The position numbers were made by a program, and so were the translations under genes. Shown in pieces: positions 12,672-23,977 of a stretch of 63,838 nucleotides of DNA (the first letter of the stretch is position 1; every line of letters starts with the position of its first letter). Source of the DNA: Myxococcota bacterium (GTDB lineage Bacteria; Myxococcota; XYA12-FULL-58-9; JALHOP01); NCBI GenBank assembly GCA_041288095.1, contig JBGGMJ010000129.1, forward strand, positions 1 through 63,838, read 5' to 3'. The notes below the pieces were generated by a model. It was given only the letters and a program-made list of their open reading frames with translations. It was not told the origin of the DNA and ran no database searches.

Positions 12672-13348
12672 GCGAGGCACTGGGGGAGCTGCGCGTCAGC
12701 AAGACGCCGGGCGACGCGCAGGAGGCTTGCGCGGTGTTCGTCGAGAACGTCATCGCGGACGTCGTCGGACGTCTCGGCCGCGCCGCCATCGCCGTCTCGG
12801 GCGGGTCGACGCCACGACCGACGTACGCGCGCCTCGCGGTATCGAAGCGCATCCACTGGCCCAGCGTCGACGTCTACTTCGCCGACGAGCGCTGCGTGCC
12901 GCCTACGCACGACGACAGCAACTACCGCATGGTCCGGGAGCTGCTCGGCCCCAGCGTGAACATCGTGCGCATGGAGGCGGAGCGCAAAGACCGCGAGACC
13001 GCGGCGCGCGACTACGAAGAGCTGCTGCCCAAGGCCTTCGACCTCGTGCTCCTCGGCATGGGACCCGACGGTCACACGGCTTCGCTCTTCCCGGGCAAGC
13101 CGGCGCTCCGCTCGAACAGACGTGTGTTGTTCGTGCAAGACAGCCCGAAGCCGCCACCCGAACGCATCACCATCGGGCCGGATGTCGTGAAGGCGGCGGA
13201 GCGTGTGGTCATGCTCGTGGCCGGCGCGGACAAGAGCGAGATGCTGGCGCGGGCGCGCGACGAAGCGACGACGGTCGACGATGTGCCGGCGCGGCTTGCA
13301 CGGCGTGGAATTTGGTTCGTGGACGAAGCAGCAACGAAGGGGAATTAG
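12668..13348 (+). CDS. pgl: 6-phosphogluconolactonase
   Basis: SGGSTP, ADERCVP, DLVLLGMGPDGHTASLFPG; GTG overlaps zwf stop. Confidence 0.95.
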   Translation: MSEALGELRVSKTPGDAQEACAVFVENVIADVVGRLGRAAIAVSGGSTPRPTYARLAVSKRIHWPSVDVYFADERCVPPTHDDSNYRMVRELLGPSVNIVRMEAERKDRETAARDYEELLPKAFDLVLLGMGPDGHTASLFPGKPALRSNRRVLFVQDSPKPPPERITIGPDVVKAAERVVMLVAGADKSEMLARARDEATTVDDVPARLARRGIWFVDEAATKGN

Positions 13349-13351
13349 CAA

Positions 13352-14770
13352 ATGGCAGCGCAGGCAAACTTCGGAGTGGTCGGTCTCGGCGTCATGGGCG
13401 CCAATCTCGCCATGAACTTCGCCGATCACGGGGCGCGCGTCGCCGTGTGGAACCTCGAGCGCGACAAGCAGGAGAAGTTCCTCGCCGAGCATCCCGGCTT
13501 CGTCGACGCCAAGGATCTCGCGGCCCTGGTCGCGGCCATCGAGAAGCCGCGGCGCATCCTCGTCATGGTGACTGCCGGCAAGGCGGTCGACTCGGTCGCC
13601 GAAAACCTTTCGCAGTTCCTCGAGAAGGGCGACGTCATCATCGACGGCGGCAACTCGCTCTACACCGACACCCGACGTCGCGAACAAGCGATGGCCGCCA
13701 AGGGCCTGCGCTTCGTGGGCATGGGCGTCTCCGGAGGCGAAGAGGGCGCGCGTCACGGGCCGTCACTGATGCCCGGCGGCGCCAGGGAAGCCTACGAGCA
13801 CTTGAAACCCCTGCTCGAGAGCGTCGCCGCCAAGACCGAGTCCGGCCCCTGCGTGACCTATTGTGGCCCGGATGGCGCCGGACACTTCACCAAGATGGTG
13901 CACAACGGCATCGAGTACGCGGACATGCAGCTCATCGCCGGGGCCTACGACGTGCTGCGCCGGGGCATCGGCCTCGACAACGATGCGATCGCGGACGTCT
14001 TCGCCAAGTGGAACGAAGGTCCCTTGCAGTCGTTCCTCATCGAGATCACCGCCAAGATCTTCCGCGTTCGTGACGGCGACACGAAGAAGCACCTGGTCGA
14101 TGTGGTCCTCGATCAAGCGGGGCAAAAAGGGACCGGCCGCTGGACGGTCGAAGCCGCGCTCGAGGTGGGTGTAGCGATCCCAAGCATCGCCGCCGCTCTC
14201 GATGCCCGCGTCATCTCATCGCAAAAAGACGCCCGCGTAGCCTTGGCGAAGAGCTTCGACGAGCCTGCTCGCGCCAGCGTATCGGCCAGCGACCGCGCCG
14301 TCCGCATCGCCGAGGTCCACGACGGCCTCCTCGCCGCGAAGATCTGCGCCTACGCCCAAGGCATGGAGCTCATCCACGCGGCGTCGCAGGCCTACAAGTG
14401 GGACATCGACCGCAAGGAGGTCGCGCGCATCTGGAAGGGCGGCTGCATCATCCGCGCGCGCTTGCTCGACACCATCATGCAAGCGTTCGGCAAACAGAAG
14501 GACCTACGCAACCTCATCGCCGACGCCTCGTTGGGCGGCGACGTCCGCAAAGCCGCCCCCGCCTGGCGCGAGCTCCTCGCCCGCTCGATGCGCGAAGGCA
14601 TCGCCATGCCCGCATTCGCCGCGAGCCTCACCTGGTTCGACGGCGTCCGCAGCCCCGATTTGCCGCAAAACCTAACCCAAGCCCAACGCGATGCCTTCGG
14701 CGCCCATACGTATATTCGCCGTGACAACGTGAAGTCCGGCCCAGTCCACTCCGAATGGCTGAAGGAGTAG
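13352..14770 (+). CDS. gnd: 6-phosphogluconate dehydrogenase (NADP, decarboxylating)
   Basis: GLGVMGANLA, GMGVSGGEEGARHGP, KMVHNGIEY, QAQRDAFGAHTY. Confidence 0.97.
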   Translation: MAAQANFGVVGLGVMGANLAMNFADHGARVAVWNLERDKQEKFLAEHPGFVDAKDLAALVAAIEKPRRILVMVTAGKAVDSVAENLSQFLEKGDVIIDGGNSLYTDTRRREQAMAAKGLRFVGMGVSGGEEGARHGPSLMPGGAREAYEHLKPLLESVAAKTESGPCVTYCGPDGAGHFTKMVHNGIEYADMQLIAGAYDVLRRGIGLDNDAIADVFAKWNEGPLQSFLIEITAKIFRVRDGDTKKHLVDVVLDQAGQKGTGRWTVEAALEVGVAIPSIAAALDARVISSQKDARVALAKSFDEPARASVSASDRAVRIAEVHDGLLAAKICAYAQGMELIHAASQAYKWDIDRKEVARIWKGGCIIRARLLDTIMQAFGKQKDLRNLIADASLGGDVRKAAPAWRELLARSMREGIAMPAFAASLTWFDGVRSPDLPQNLTQAQRDAFGAHTYIRRDNVKSGPVHSEWLKE

Positions 14771-14782
14771 GGAAGCCCAATA

Positions 14783-14910
14783 GGGTGGCATAGCCGGCAC
14801 CGCAGCCCCGGGGCCCCACGCCCAGCAGGCGGACATCTCTGCCCACGCACCCCAGATCCGCCGAGGACAGCGTGGGGCCCCGGGGCGAGGCGCGCAAGGC
14901 GACGCCACCC
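14783..14910. repeat. Long GC-rich hairpin (REP/MITE-like) downstream of gnd
   Basis: Perfect 17-bp IR gccccggggccccacgc (14805-14821) / gcgtggggccccggggc (14870-14886), closed by gggtggc/gccaccc. Confidence 0.6.
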
Positions 14911-14955
14911 GATCGCCCCGCTGTCAGGAGTCTGCTATAGCGGACTTGGGGGACG

Positions 14956-14989
14956 AAAAAAAAGCGACCCCCCCGAGTCGCTTTTTCTT
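14956..14989 (-). terminator. Intrinsic terminator (possibly bidirectional)
   Basis: Minus strand AAAAAGCGAC-TCGGGGGG-GTCGCTTTTTTTT; plus strand also ends in tttttcttc. Confidence 0.8.
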
Positions 14990-15085
14990 CTGGCGTGCGA
15001 CGCTCAAGCGCGTCCCCGGTTGGCCCCCCATGCCTCGCAGGGACGCGCCGAGCATCACCCCCCAGGACGTTCCATCGAACAGTGC
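14956..15085 (-). ncRNA. Candidate sigma-54-dependent small RNA (~130 nt)
   Basis: Bounded by -24/-12 promoter and U8 terminator; ~17-bp internal stem with G-U pairs only on minus strand; no credible ORF. Confidence 0.55.
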
Positions 15086-15094
15086 CCCTAAGGT

Positions 15095-15112
15095 TTGCAG
15101 AGGGCGTGCCAG
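15095..15112 (-). promoter_or_regulatory. Sigma-54 (-24/-12) promoter
   Basis: CTGGCACGCCCTCTGCAA vs consensus YTGGCACG-N4-TTGCW; exact GG-N10-GC spacing. Confidence 0.7.
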
Positions 15113-15119
15113 CGTAGAC

Positions 15120-15210
15120 CGCTTCAAAACCCCACTTTTAAGCGGGTGCGGCAATCGGGGTGGTTCCAAATTTCACCACCGGCCCCTTGTTGGGGCGATT
15201 TGCCACACCG
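15120..15210 (-). promoter_or_regulatory. Putative enhancer (bEBP binding) palindromes
   Basis: TGTGGC-AAATC-GCCCCA at 15191-15207 (about -114 from predicted TSS) plus related TG(C/G)GG half-sites and GGTGG..CCACC. Confidence 0.45.
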
Positions 15211-15274
15211 GTCTGACGTGTAGGGCACGGTTTTTTCGTGACTTAGGGGAACTCGCGAGCCGCTTCGGCGTTGC

Positions 15275-16882
15275 TTACGCGATCTGCTCGGCCCGCAACG
15301 GCGGCTCATCGCCATCGCCATCGTCATCACTCGGCGGCTCAACCACCTTCTTCGGCACCGGCGTATCCGCATTCAGCCAAGCCCCAACCCGCGTCGCCGA
15401 GGTAGCAACCACACAGTTCGCCGCCGACACCAACAACACGCCCATCCACCCAATCATCCCCATGTCGCCGAACGCCTGGAACACGAAGCAGATGATGACG
15501 CACACCGAGGTGAGCGCGGCGACCGCGATGTCTGGGTCAGTCGTGATCCGATAGACGCGCGCTCCGAGGAAGATCGAGATGACGTAGTAGAGCCACATCC
15601 CCGCGAAGCCGACGCCGCCGCACAACATGAGCAACCACAACACGCTGTTGTGCGCGATGTACCGGTAGTTCGGCATCGCATGCGAGATGTCGTAAGCGAC
15701 GCTGACCTCGGTGTACTCGTGCCCGAAGCCCAGCCCCAGGATCGGCGCCTCGCGGAAGGTGTAGAGCAGGTTGTAGTTCTCGATGTCGCGCGTCTGGTTC
15801 GACGCGTTCTTGGTGTCGGCGACCGAGACCAAGCTGCGAATCGGGAAGAAGATGATCGACTCGCCCTTCGCCGCGATGCCGGCGCCGACGTACATGATGA
15901 GGATCGGCGCGCCTATGAGCATCCAGCGAACGATCCGCTTGCGCAGATTCACGTTCATCACCAGGAAGATCGCGGCCAGCGACATCGCCAAGGACACATA
16001 GGCGAGCCGCCGGTGGTTCACGACCAGGCCGACCGCGATGACCGGGAAGATGCACATCACCGTCATGATCATCCGCTTTGTCGGACGCTCGAGGACCATG
16101 GCGCCCAGCATCACCACGGTGGTGATGAGGAGGATCGAGTCCTCGTGGGTGATGCTGTATTCGACGAAGAGGGCGCGCGGCTTCACCATCGCGTAGAAGA
16201 AATAGATGCCGTCGAGGCAGCGGATGAGCGCGACGCCGATGACGATGAAGCCCAGGGCCCGATGCCACTTGGGCGTACGGAAGGCGTGGATGAACATCGC
16301 GCTCATGAGCGGCGCCCACATGATCTGGCGCGTCTGCCAGAGCATCTGTTGGGAGTTGCCGCCACGCGCCACTCCCCAAACGATCCACGTGAACAGCGTT
16401 ACCAGGCACAACACCATCGCGAGCTTCAGCGGTTTCGCGGCGCTCGTACCTTCCGGATTGTCGATGCGGCTGCCGACGAGCCAGCGCAGCAGGACGAGGA
16501 GAGCGAGGAAAAACAGCACCGCCTCGATGGCGTTGAAGCGCAGCGCATCGAGGCCGACGATGTTGCGCAGGTTGTCGTAGAGCAGACGCCCGACCGGTTG
16601 CAGCGGCCCGTCCCACTTGCCGTCGTGCGGCCGCATGCCGGGGTTGTGCATGAGCAGGCACACGCCGAAGAGCACGATGAGCGAGTGCGAGATCGGCTTC
16701 ACCGTCATGTACCAAACGACGCCGATGAGGATGGTCGGCACGAGGGCGACGACGAGGTTGCCGTCGCTCACCAGGAGCATCATCACGGTGATGAGCGTCA
16801 GGCCGACGGCGCCAAGCAGGATGGGCAAAGGGAGCTTCGGAGCTTGGAGCTTCATGACCTTTGCTTGGGCACTCAAGGGCAT
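15275..16882 (-). CDS. O-antigen ligase/Wzy-like polysaccharide polymerase membrane protein
   Basis: Many TM helices, NHRR, R-x-IEN, PILGLGFGHEY, HNSVLW (Wzy_C HN motif); start 16882 or 16855. Confidence 0.8.
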   Translation of the reverse strand: MPLSAQAKVMKLQAPKLPLPILLGAVGLTLITVMMLLVSDGNLVVALVPTILIGVVWYMTVKPISHSLIVLFGVCLLMHNPGMRPHDGKWDGPLQPVGRLLYDNLRNIVGLDALRFNAIEAVLFFLALLVLLRWLVGSRIDNPEGTSAAKPLKLAMVLCLVTLFTWIVWGVARGGNSQQMLWQTRQIMWAPLMSAMFIHAFRTPKWHRALGFIVIGVALIRCLDGIYFFYAMVKPRALFVEYSITHEDSILLITTVVMLGAMVLERPTKRMIMTVMCIFPVIAVGLVVNHRRLAYVSLAMSLAAIFLVMNVNLRKRIVRWMLIGAPILIMYVGAGIAAKGESIIFFPIRSLVSVADTKNASNQTRDIENYNLLYTFREAPILGLGFGHEYTEVSVAYDISHAMPNYRYIAHNSVLWLLMLCGGVGFAGMWLYYVISIFLGARVYRITTDPDIAVAALTSVCVIICFVFQAFGDMGMIGWMGVLLVSAANCVVATSATRVGAWLNADTPVPKKVVEPPSDDDGDGDEPPLRAEQIA

Positions 16883-16947
16883 CGCCTAAATGCTTGCTAT
16901 CGGCTGGGCCGTAGCGCAAGGGCGGGTCGGTTTGTTAGTGCACGTTT

Positions 16948-17634
16948 GTGCAACCCACGATTTTGCTCTTCGATGTCGACGGCACCCTCATTGACAGCAC
17001 CGGCACCGGCCGAGTCGCCCTGGAAGACGCGTTTGAGGCGCTTTATGGGCGCAGAGACGCGATTTCGAGCTTCCGCCTCGACGGCATGACCGATCCCGCC
17101 ATCGTCCGCCAAGGGCTGCAGGTGCTCGGCGCCGAGGTCAGCGACGCCGCCATCACGCGGGTGCTGGACGCGTATCTCGCCCGCCTCGAGCATCACGTGA
17201 CGACCATCCCGCTCGAGCGCTATCGAGTGCATCCCGGAGTGCGCACGACCATCGATCGCGCTCACGCAGCGGGCCATGCGGTCGGACTTGGCACGGGTAA
17301 CATCGTTCCCGGCGCCAAGATCAAGCTGTCACGTGTCGAGCTCTACGAGCGCTTCGATTTCGGCGGCTTTGGCTCCGACGCGGAGGACCGGCCGACGTTG
17401 ATCCGTCATGGTGCCGAGCGCGGCGCGAAGCGCCTGGGACGGCCGCTCGCGGAGTGTCGCGTCGTGGTCATCGGTGACACGCCGAAGGACATCGCCGCGG
17501 CGCACGCCATCGGGGCGCAGTGTCTCGCGGTCGCGACCGGCCACTTCGACGTCGCCGCCTTGTCCGAGCACGGCTGTCTCAAGGCGGTCGAGCATCTCGA
17601 TACACCGGAAGCGCAGAAGGTCTTGTTCGGCTAG
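16948..17634 (+). CDS. HAD-family hydrolase (phosphoglycolate phosphatase-like)
   Basis: LFDVDGTL, GTGN, IGDTPKDI motifs. Confidence 0.9.
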   Translation: MQPTILLFDVDGTLIDSTGTGRVALEDAFEALYGRRDAISSFRLDGMTDPAIVRQGLQVLGAEVSDAAITRVLDAYLARLEHHVTTIPLERYRVHPGVRTTIDRAHAAGHAVGLGTGNIVPGAKIKLSRVELYERFDFGGFGSDAEDRPTLIRHGAERGAKRLGRPLAECRVVVIGDTPKDIAAAHAIGAQCLAVATGHFDVAALSEHGCLKAVEHLDTPEAQKVLFG

Positions 17635-19004
17635 CGCCAACAGTCGACGACGCTTTTCTCGCCGCGCCTGCGATTCGCTGGATTCACCGCGACGAGAATA
17701 CGGTCGACCAGATCACCTCGCGAGAGCTCGGGGCCTGAGCAACCGAAACCCGTCCGCTCGAGCGCCTGTAACGTCTCTTGCTCGGGTGGCCTCTCGAAGA
17801 TGATGCGCACCTTGAGCGCGGTCTCGCCGCTGAGCTTCTCCACCAGCTCGCCAGTGCTGTAGACATGACGCAGCTCGAGGTCTCTGCCCGCGTACATGTC
17901 CGGTGTGAGCAGGCGGCCGAAGAAATACAGGCGGCCGAATCCGCCATCGCGGCCGGCTTCGACGATGGGTCGCGTAAGGCTGCGATGACCGTCCGATACG
18001 GTGACCACCGCGAGCACGACGCAGTTCACCACCCAGTAAGTGATGCGCGCGCCGCGCGGCACGAGGGTGAGCGCGGTCCCCAGCAACACGAAGAAATACG
18101 GGAGCACCGCGAAGATGAAGTGTTCCTCCTTGTGACCAACCAGGGAGTGCGCGAGGACGAACACCGCGAACGGCACGCTCACCAGCACGTGACTCTTCGC
18201 CGCGCGCCACAGGGGCTTCGCCAGCCAGAAAGTCACGGGTGGCAGCGTCAGCAGCACGAAGTCGAGCACATAGGTGAACCACGGCGAGGTGCCGTAGCGC
18301 TCCGAGCCACCAGCGACCGCGTTGAAGCCGAGGTAGGCGAGCACCGAAGAGAAGCGATCGACGCCGAATTGCGCGAGGGTCGCGCATGCGCCGCCAAGCA
18401 CCAAGCCGGCGAGCTTCGATCGGTCACGCCAAGCGAGTAGCCCGAGAATCGTGAAGCACACCAAGCCCACCTGGAAGCGAAACATGGCGGCGATGCCCAA
18501 GAGCAGCCCTGCGATGACCCCGTCGCGCAGCGGCTGGGCGCTTTCTCGATCCGCGAAAACGGTACCCCAGGCGAGGGGCACCATGGCAACGACGCTGATC
18601 AGCGCCCGCGTCGCGATGCGCGGGAGCAACGCTTCGGCGGACATGAGCCACGCCGCCGAGAGAGCGGCGTGTGGCCCGAAGCGCCGCTCGGTCAATCTGT
18701 AGACCGCGGGAATCGCCGCGGCGTTGAAGGCGCCGAGGACGAGATAGGCGACCTGCACGTGCGCGATGGGGTCGGCGCCGAACAGCCAGCGCGCCGCAAC
18801 GAAACAGGCCCAGACGATGCGCGCGAGCAGCGGCGAGCGAATGTCCGAGTTGAACGGCGCCGCCGGATCATCGAGCCACGTCGCCGCCATCCCGAGCACG
18901 TGCGTGTAGTCATCGCTCGCGAAATAGCCGTAGCCCGCGAGCGCCGCGACGACGCGTAAGAACGCACCGGTGACGAACGGTGCGAGCCACGGCGGCCGGC
19001 TCAC
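17631..19004 (-). CDS. GT-C membrane glycosyltransferase (Alg9/PIG-B mannosyltransferase-like)
   Basis: DD in first loop, [27 protein letters not shown]; multi-TM. Confidence 0.7.
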   Translation of the reverse strand: MSRPPWLAPFVTGAFLRVVAALAGYGYFASDDYTHVLGMAATWLDDPAAPFNSDIRSPLLARIVWACFVAARWLFGADPIAHVQVAYLVLGAFNAAAIPAVYRLTERRFGPHAALSAAWLMSAEALLPRIATRALISVVAMVPLAWGTVFADRESAQPLRDGVIAGLLLGIAAMFRFQVGLVCFTILGLLAWRDRSKLAGLVLGGACATLAQFGVDRFSSVLAYLGFNAVAGGSERYGTSPWFTYVLDFVLLTLPPVTFWLAKPLWRAAKSHVLVSVPFAVFVLAHSLVGHKEEHFIFAVLPYFFVLLGTALTLVPRGARITYWVVNCVVLAVVTVSDGHRSLTRPIVEAGRDGGFGRLYFFGRLLTPDMYAGRDLELRHVYSTGELVEKLSGETALKVRIIFERPPEQETLQALERTGFGCSGPELSRGDLVDRILVAVNPANRRRGEKSVVDCWR

Positions 19005-20022
19005 GACCAGTCGAGGATGACCTTGCCGGACTGTCCGCCGCGCACGGTCGCGAAAGCCTCCTCGAAGTCCTTGGCGGCGAAGCGATGTGTGAGCACGGGC
19101 GTGATGTCGAGGCCGCTCTGCAACATGCTCGACATCTTGTACCAGGTCTCGAACATCTCGCGGCCGTAGATGCCCTTCAAGATGAGGCCCTTGAAGATGA
19201 CCGTGTTCCAGTCGATGGCGATCTCATTCGAGGGGATACCGAGCAGCGCCACGCGGCCGCCGTAGTTCATCGATGCCAGCATCTGGCGGAAGGCGCGGTC
19301 GTTGCCCGACATCTCGAGGCCGATGTCGAAGCCCTCGGTCATGCCGAGCGACTTCATGGTGGAGGCGAGATCCTCGGTCGCGACGTTGATGGCCTTGGTC
19401 GCGCCCATCTTGCGCGCGAGCTCCAAGCGGTACTCGTTGACGTCGGTGACGACCACGTAACGGGCACCCACGAAGCGGGCGATGGCCGCTGCCATGCAAC
19501 CGATGGGGCCGGCGCCGGTGATGAGCACGTCCTCGCCGACGAGGTCGAAAGAGAGGGCGGTGTGCACGGCATTGCCGAGGGGGTCGAGATAGCCGCCGAT
19601 ATCGTCCGTGATAGCGGTCGGAAGCTTGAAGGCGTTGGCGGCGGGGATGACGAAGCGGTCCGCGAAACAACCCGGCCGCTGCACGCCGAGACCGACGGTG
19701 TTGCGGCAGAGGTGACGCTTGCCGGCGCGGCAGTTACGGCAATGGCCGCAGGTGATGTGACCCTCGGCGGCGACGCGGTCGCCCTTCTTGAAGCCGGCGA
19801 CGGCGCTACCGACTTCAACGACCTCGCCGCAGCCTTCGTGGCCGATGGTGAGCGGCACCGGGATGGTCTTCTGCGCCCAGGCGTCCCAGTTGAAGATGTG
19901 AATGTCGGTGCCGCAAATGCCGGTCGTCCGCGTACGCACCAACAGATCATTGGGGCCGATGGTCGGCTCGCCGACGTCTTCGATCCACAAGCCGGGGGCG
20001 GACTTTGCTTTGACCAATGCTC

Positions 20023-20026
<4 letters not shown>
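19001..20026 (-). CDS. tdh: L-threonine 3-dehydrogenase
   Basis: [42 protein letters not shown]. Confidence 0.97.
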
Positions 20027-21213
<1,187 letters not shown>

Positions 21214-21272
21214 GGGCGGGGCAGCTATCACGCCTACCGTCGAGGCGTCGAGGCGCGTATGGTCGCGCCGTC

Positions 21273-21695
21273 ATGACCAAGCGATTCTGGGCGGAAGGCA
21301 TCCGTTTCGAGTGCCAGGGGAGCGGCCACTGCTGCACCTCGCGCGGCGAATACGGCTACGTCTATCTCACGCGCCAGGACCGCCGCCGTTTGGCCGAGCA
21401 CCTCGACCTGCCGCCGCCGGAATTCATGGAGAAGCACTGCGCGGTTACCGACGGCCACGTGCACTTCAAGGACCCCGAGAAGGATTGCGCGTTCCTCGAG
21501 GGAAACCGCTGCGGTGTCTACGAAGCGCGGCCAACCCAGTGCCGCACCTGGCCGTTTTGGCCGGAGAACATGACCCCGAAGGCGTGGACCGAAGAAGTCG
21601 TCTCGAGCTGCGCCGGCGTCGGCAAGGGTCGGGTCTGGTCGGCTTCGGAGATCGACGGGCTGGTGCAGCTCGGGATGCGCTCCACGAAGAAGTAG
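21273..21695 (+). CDS. YkgJ-family Cys-cluster (CxxCxxCC-like) protein
   Basis: FECQGSGHCC, CAFL...CGVYEARPTQCRTWPFW. Confidence 0.88.
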   Translation: MTKRFWAEGIRFECQGSGHCCTSRGEYGYVYLTRQDRRRLAEHLDLPPPEFMEKHCAVTDGHVHFKDPEKDCAFLEGNRCGVYEARPTQCRTWPFWPENMTPKAWTEEVVSSCAGVGKGRVWSASEIDGLVQLGMRSTKK

Positions 21696-21713
21696 CACTC
21701 GCCGTGCAGGTGC

Positions 21714-22457
21714 CTAGGCCGTGTGCGAGACGCCGCCGACGCTGATGCAGAGATCGTGGCCGCGCACCCAGTGCCACCAACCGCGGGGGATGTAGAGGAG
21801 ATCTCCGGGCTCGAGCTCGGCGATGATTGGCTGGGCTCGCGCGAAGCCCGGGTGCTTGGCGAGGTCGGGCGCCATGACATTGACCGCGCTGTACAAGCCG
21901 TCTTGAACGCTCTCTCGCGTCTCGGGATAGAGCAGCTCGGTTTGCGCCGGGTCGAAGAGGGTCACCGTCTTGTGGCCCACGAAGTGCGCGAGCAAGTTCA
22001 CCGCCACCTCGTCGGTGTGCAGGCCTGTCGTGTAGCCGGGAGGGCCGAGCCACAGGTAGTGCTCGAAGCGCTTGTGCCCGCGCGGGAAGAGGCCGGCGAA
22101 GTCGAGCTCCTCCACGAGCTTCGGCACCTTGAAAAACAGCTCTTGGGACTCGCGCACCGACCAAGCCTTGACGCTGTCGTCATACGGTTGCGCGCCGCTC
22201 GCGGCCTGCATCCACGCGCGCAAGCTCGTGTGCCGCGTCGTGTGCGCGGTCTGCACGAGGAAGGTTTCCTCGCTGTCACCCGCGTATCGGCGCAGCGTGA
22301 GCTCGACGTCACCAAGCTCGTTCGCGAAACGCTCCGGCGTGAAGGTCGTGCGCGCCGGCCACTTGGCCGTCATCGCGGTCACTACCACCGGGCGCACGTC
22401 GAGGTACTCGTTGTGGAAGCGCGTCGCGGAGAGGAACGGCACGCGCTCGACCTGCAT
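21714..22457 (-). CDS. JmjC/cupin-8 Fe(II)/2OG-type dioxygenase
   Basis: LWLGPPGYTTGLHTD, GHKTVTLF, LEPGDLLYIPRGWWHWV (HxD...H triad). Confidence 0.88.
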   Translation of the reverse strand: MQVERVPFLSATRFHNEYLDVRPVVVTAMTAKWPARTTFTPERFANELGDVELTLRRYAGDSEETFLVQTAHTTRHTSLRAWMQAASGAQPYDDSVKAWSVRESQELFFKVPKLVEELDFAGLFPRGHKRFEHYLWLGPPGYTTGLHTDEVAVNLLAHFVGHKTVTLFDPAQTELLYPETRESVQDGLYSAVNVMAPDLAKHPGFARAQPIIAELEPGDLLYIPRGWWHWVRGHDLCISVGGVSHTA

Positions 22458-22471
22458 GGCTGGCAAGGACG

Positions 22472-22813
22472 TCAGGGCGCCTGAGTGTCGTTCGCCGAGG
22501 CGACCAACCGGGTCAGACGTTCGGCGTGCTCCGGTTGGACACGCTCGAAGGTAAGACCGACGTCGAAGGCGGCGTCGGCGTCGGGCTGCAAGACGTTGAC
22601 CCAAACCACCCGCACCGTCGCTTCGATGTCTTCGCCCTCGGGGGTGAACAAGGTGATGTCCAACCGATCCCCGACTTTCATCTCCTCGTCGCTGAAGAGG
22701 CGGACACCACCGCCACCCAGATCGATGAGCTGCGCGGGCGACGACAGCAAACGCGCGGGCTTCCAGAATGCGGGTGCACGTAGGCGTGGGTATTCGCGCC
22801 GTTCGCTCGACAT
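22472..22813 (-). CDS. PilZ-domain c-di-GMP receptor
   Basis: ERREYPR (RxxxR) and DLGGGG (DxSxxG-like). Confidence 0.85.
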   Translation of the reverse strand: MSSERREYPRLRAPAFWKPARLLSSPAQLIDLGGGGVRLFSDEEMKVGDRLDITLFTPEGEDIEATVRVVWVNVLQPDADAAFDVGLTFERVQPEHAERLTRLVASANDTQAP

Positions 22814-22828
22814 CCCGGCATTGTAACA

Positions 22829-23977
22829 CTAGGCGGGGGAGGCTGCTCGCTCGTTGAACACGCTCAACGCTTCCTCGTAGGAAATGGGCTTGGCGTCGTC
22901 ACGCACCGCGGCACGCTCGGTCGTGGCGACCGCGATGGCGGCATCGATGATGCGGGCGTCGAGCTCCGGGAGCTTGGTGGCGAGCGACATGGCTTGGCCG
23001 AGCACGCGATAAAGAGCGAGCTCCTCACGGGCGGCGCGCAGCTGCCATTCGAAGTGGGTGATGAGGCGGGCGCGGGTCGCGGGCCCGACTTCGCCCGGCC
23101 GGCTAAGCGCCGCGTCGGCCGCCAAAGCGGTCTCGAGTCCGCCATGACGGAAGTCGATGTCGTAGCCGGTGCCGTTGCGCCGCGTGAATGAGAAGGCCAC
23201 CACGCCGGGGCCGAGTGTCTCACCGACGAGCTGGGTCAAGGCGCCACGCCGCAGCGCCGCGAGGACTTGCTTCGCGGTCGCGGCGTTGCGAAGCGCCGTC
23301 TCCAAACCGGCGACGACGTCGCGGAAGGCTTCCTGGAAAGGCGCCTTGGCGTCCGCTACGTCGCCACGGGCGGCGGTCGCGACCTTCCGCAGAGCATTGA
23401 CGATGCCGGCGAGATAAGCCTGCGGCTCATCGCCGGCTTGGTGGCTCGCGTAGGTCCAGTGCGGCGCACCCGGGAGGTGCGAGCCGTCGCGGGCGGTGAA
23501 GGTCGCGCCGTGCGGTGAATCACCGACCGCTTTGGGCAGCACGACATGGATGCGCTCATGCGCGATGCTCGGCGCGTTGGGATCGAGCTCGAGCATGAGG
23601 CGTGTGCCCAGCACGAGCACCGCACCCCCGTTCGGGCGGCGCACGATGCCCGCGGCGAACTTGCCCTCGGTGTGCGCCGGGATGAAGCAGACGTACATGC
23701 CTGTCTCGGCGAGCGTCCGGATGAAGGCGTTGAACGGGTGGCCACCTTCGCCGGTGAGCTGCACCATGCGCTTTTCCGGGTAGGGCGCATGACCGATATC
23801 GGCCTCACGAAGATGGGCGACCCCCCGCGCGAAGGCTTCGTCGATGTAGCGCTCGTATTCGGGCGTATCGCGAGGAGGCGCCGTGCCGAGATAGGTGTCC
23901 CAGAAGGCTTGCAAGGCAGCCGTGCCGCTCGTGCCCGGCGCAAACAGCGGCAAATCGGCGGCCCGCTCGGCCACCAA
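22829..23977 (-). CDS. Hypothetical protein with HExxH zinc-metallopeptidase motif
   Basis: IAHERIH followed by DEPQAY; start uncertain; no Sec signal. Confidence 0.6.
   Translation of the reverse strand: MVAERAADLPLFAPGTSGTAALQAFWDTYLGTAPPRDTPEYERYIDEAFARGVAHLREADIGHAPYPEKRMVQLTGEGGHPFNAFIRTLAETGMYVCFIPAHTEGKFAAGIVRRPNGGAVLVLGTRLMLELDPNAPSIAHERIHVVLPKAVGDSPHGATFTARDGSHLPGAPHWTYASHQAGDEPQAYLAGIVNALRKVATAARGDVADAKAPFQEAFRDVVAGLETALRNAATAKQVLAALRRGALTQLVGETLGPGVVAFSFTRRNGTGYDIDFRHGGLETALAADAALSRPGEVGPATRARLITHFEWQLRAAREELALYRVLGQAMSLATKLPELDARIIDAAIAVATTERAAVRDDAKPISYEEALSVFNERAASPA

Noticed and set aside
14783..15270. 6S, SRP, RNase P RNA or riboswitch; also the 202-aa ORF 14946-15554
   Set aside because: No conserved signature sequences of these RNAs seen; the ORF has atypical codons and overlaps the Wzy-like gene antisense
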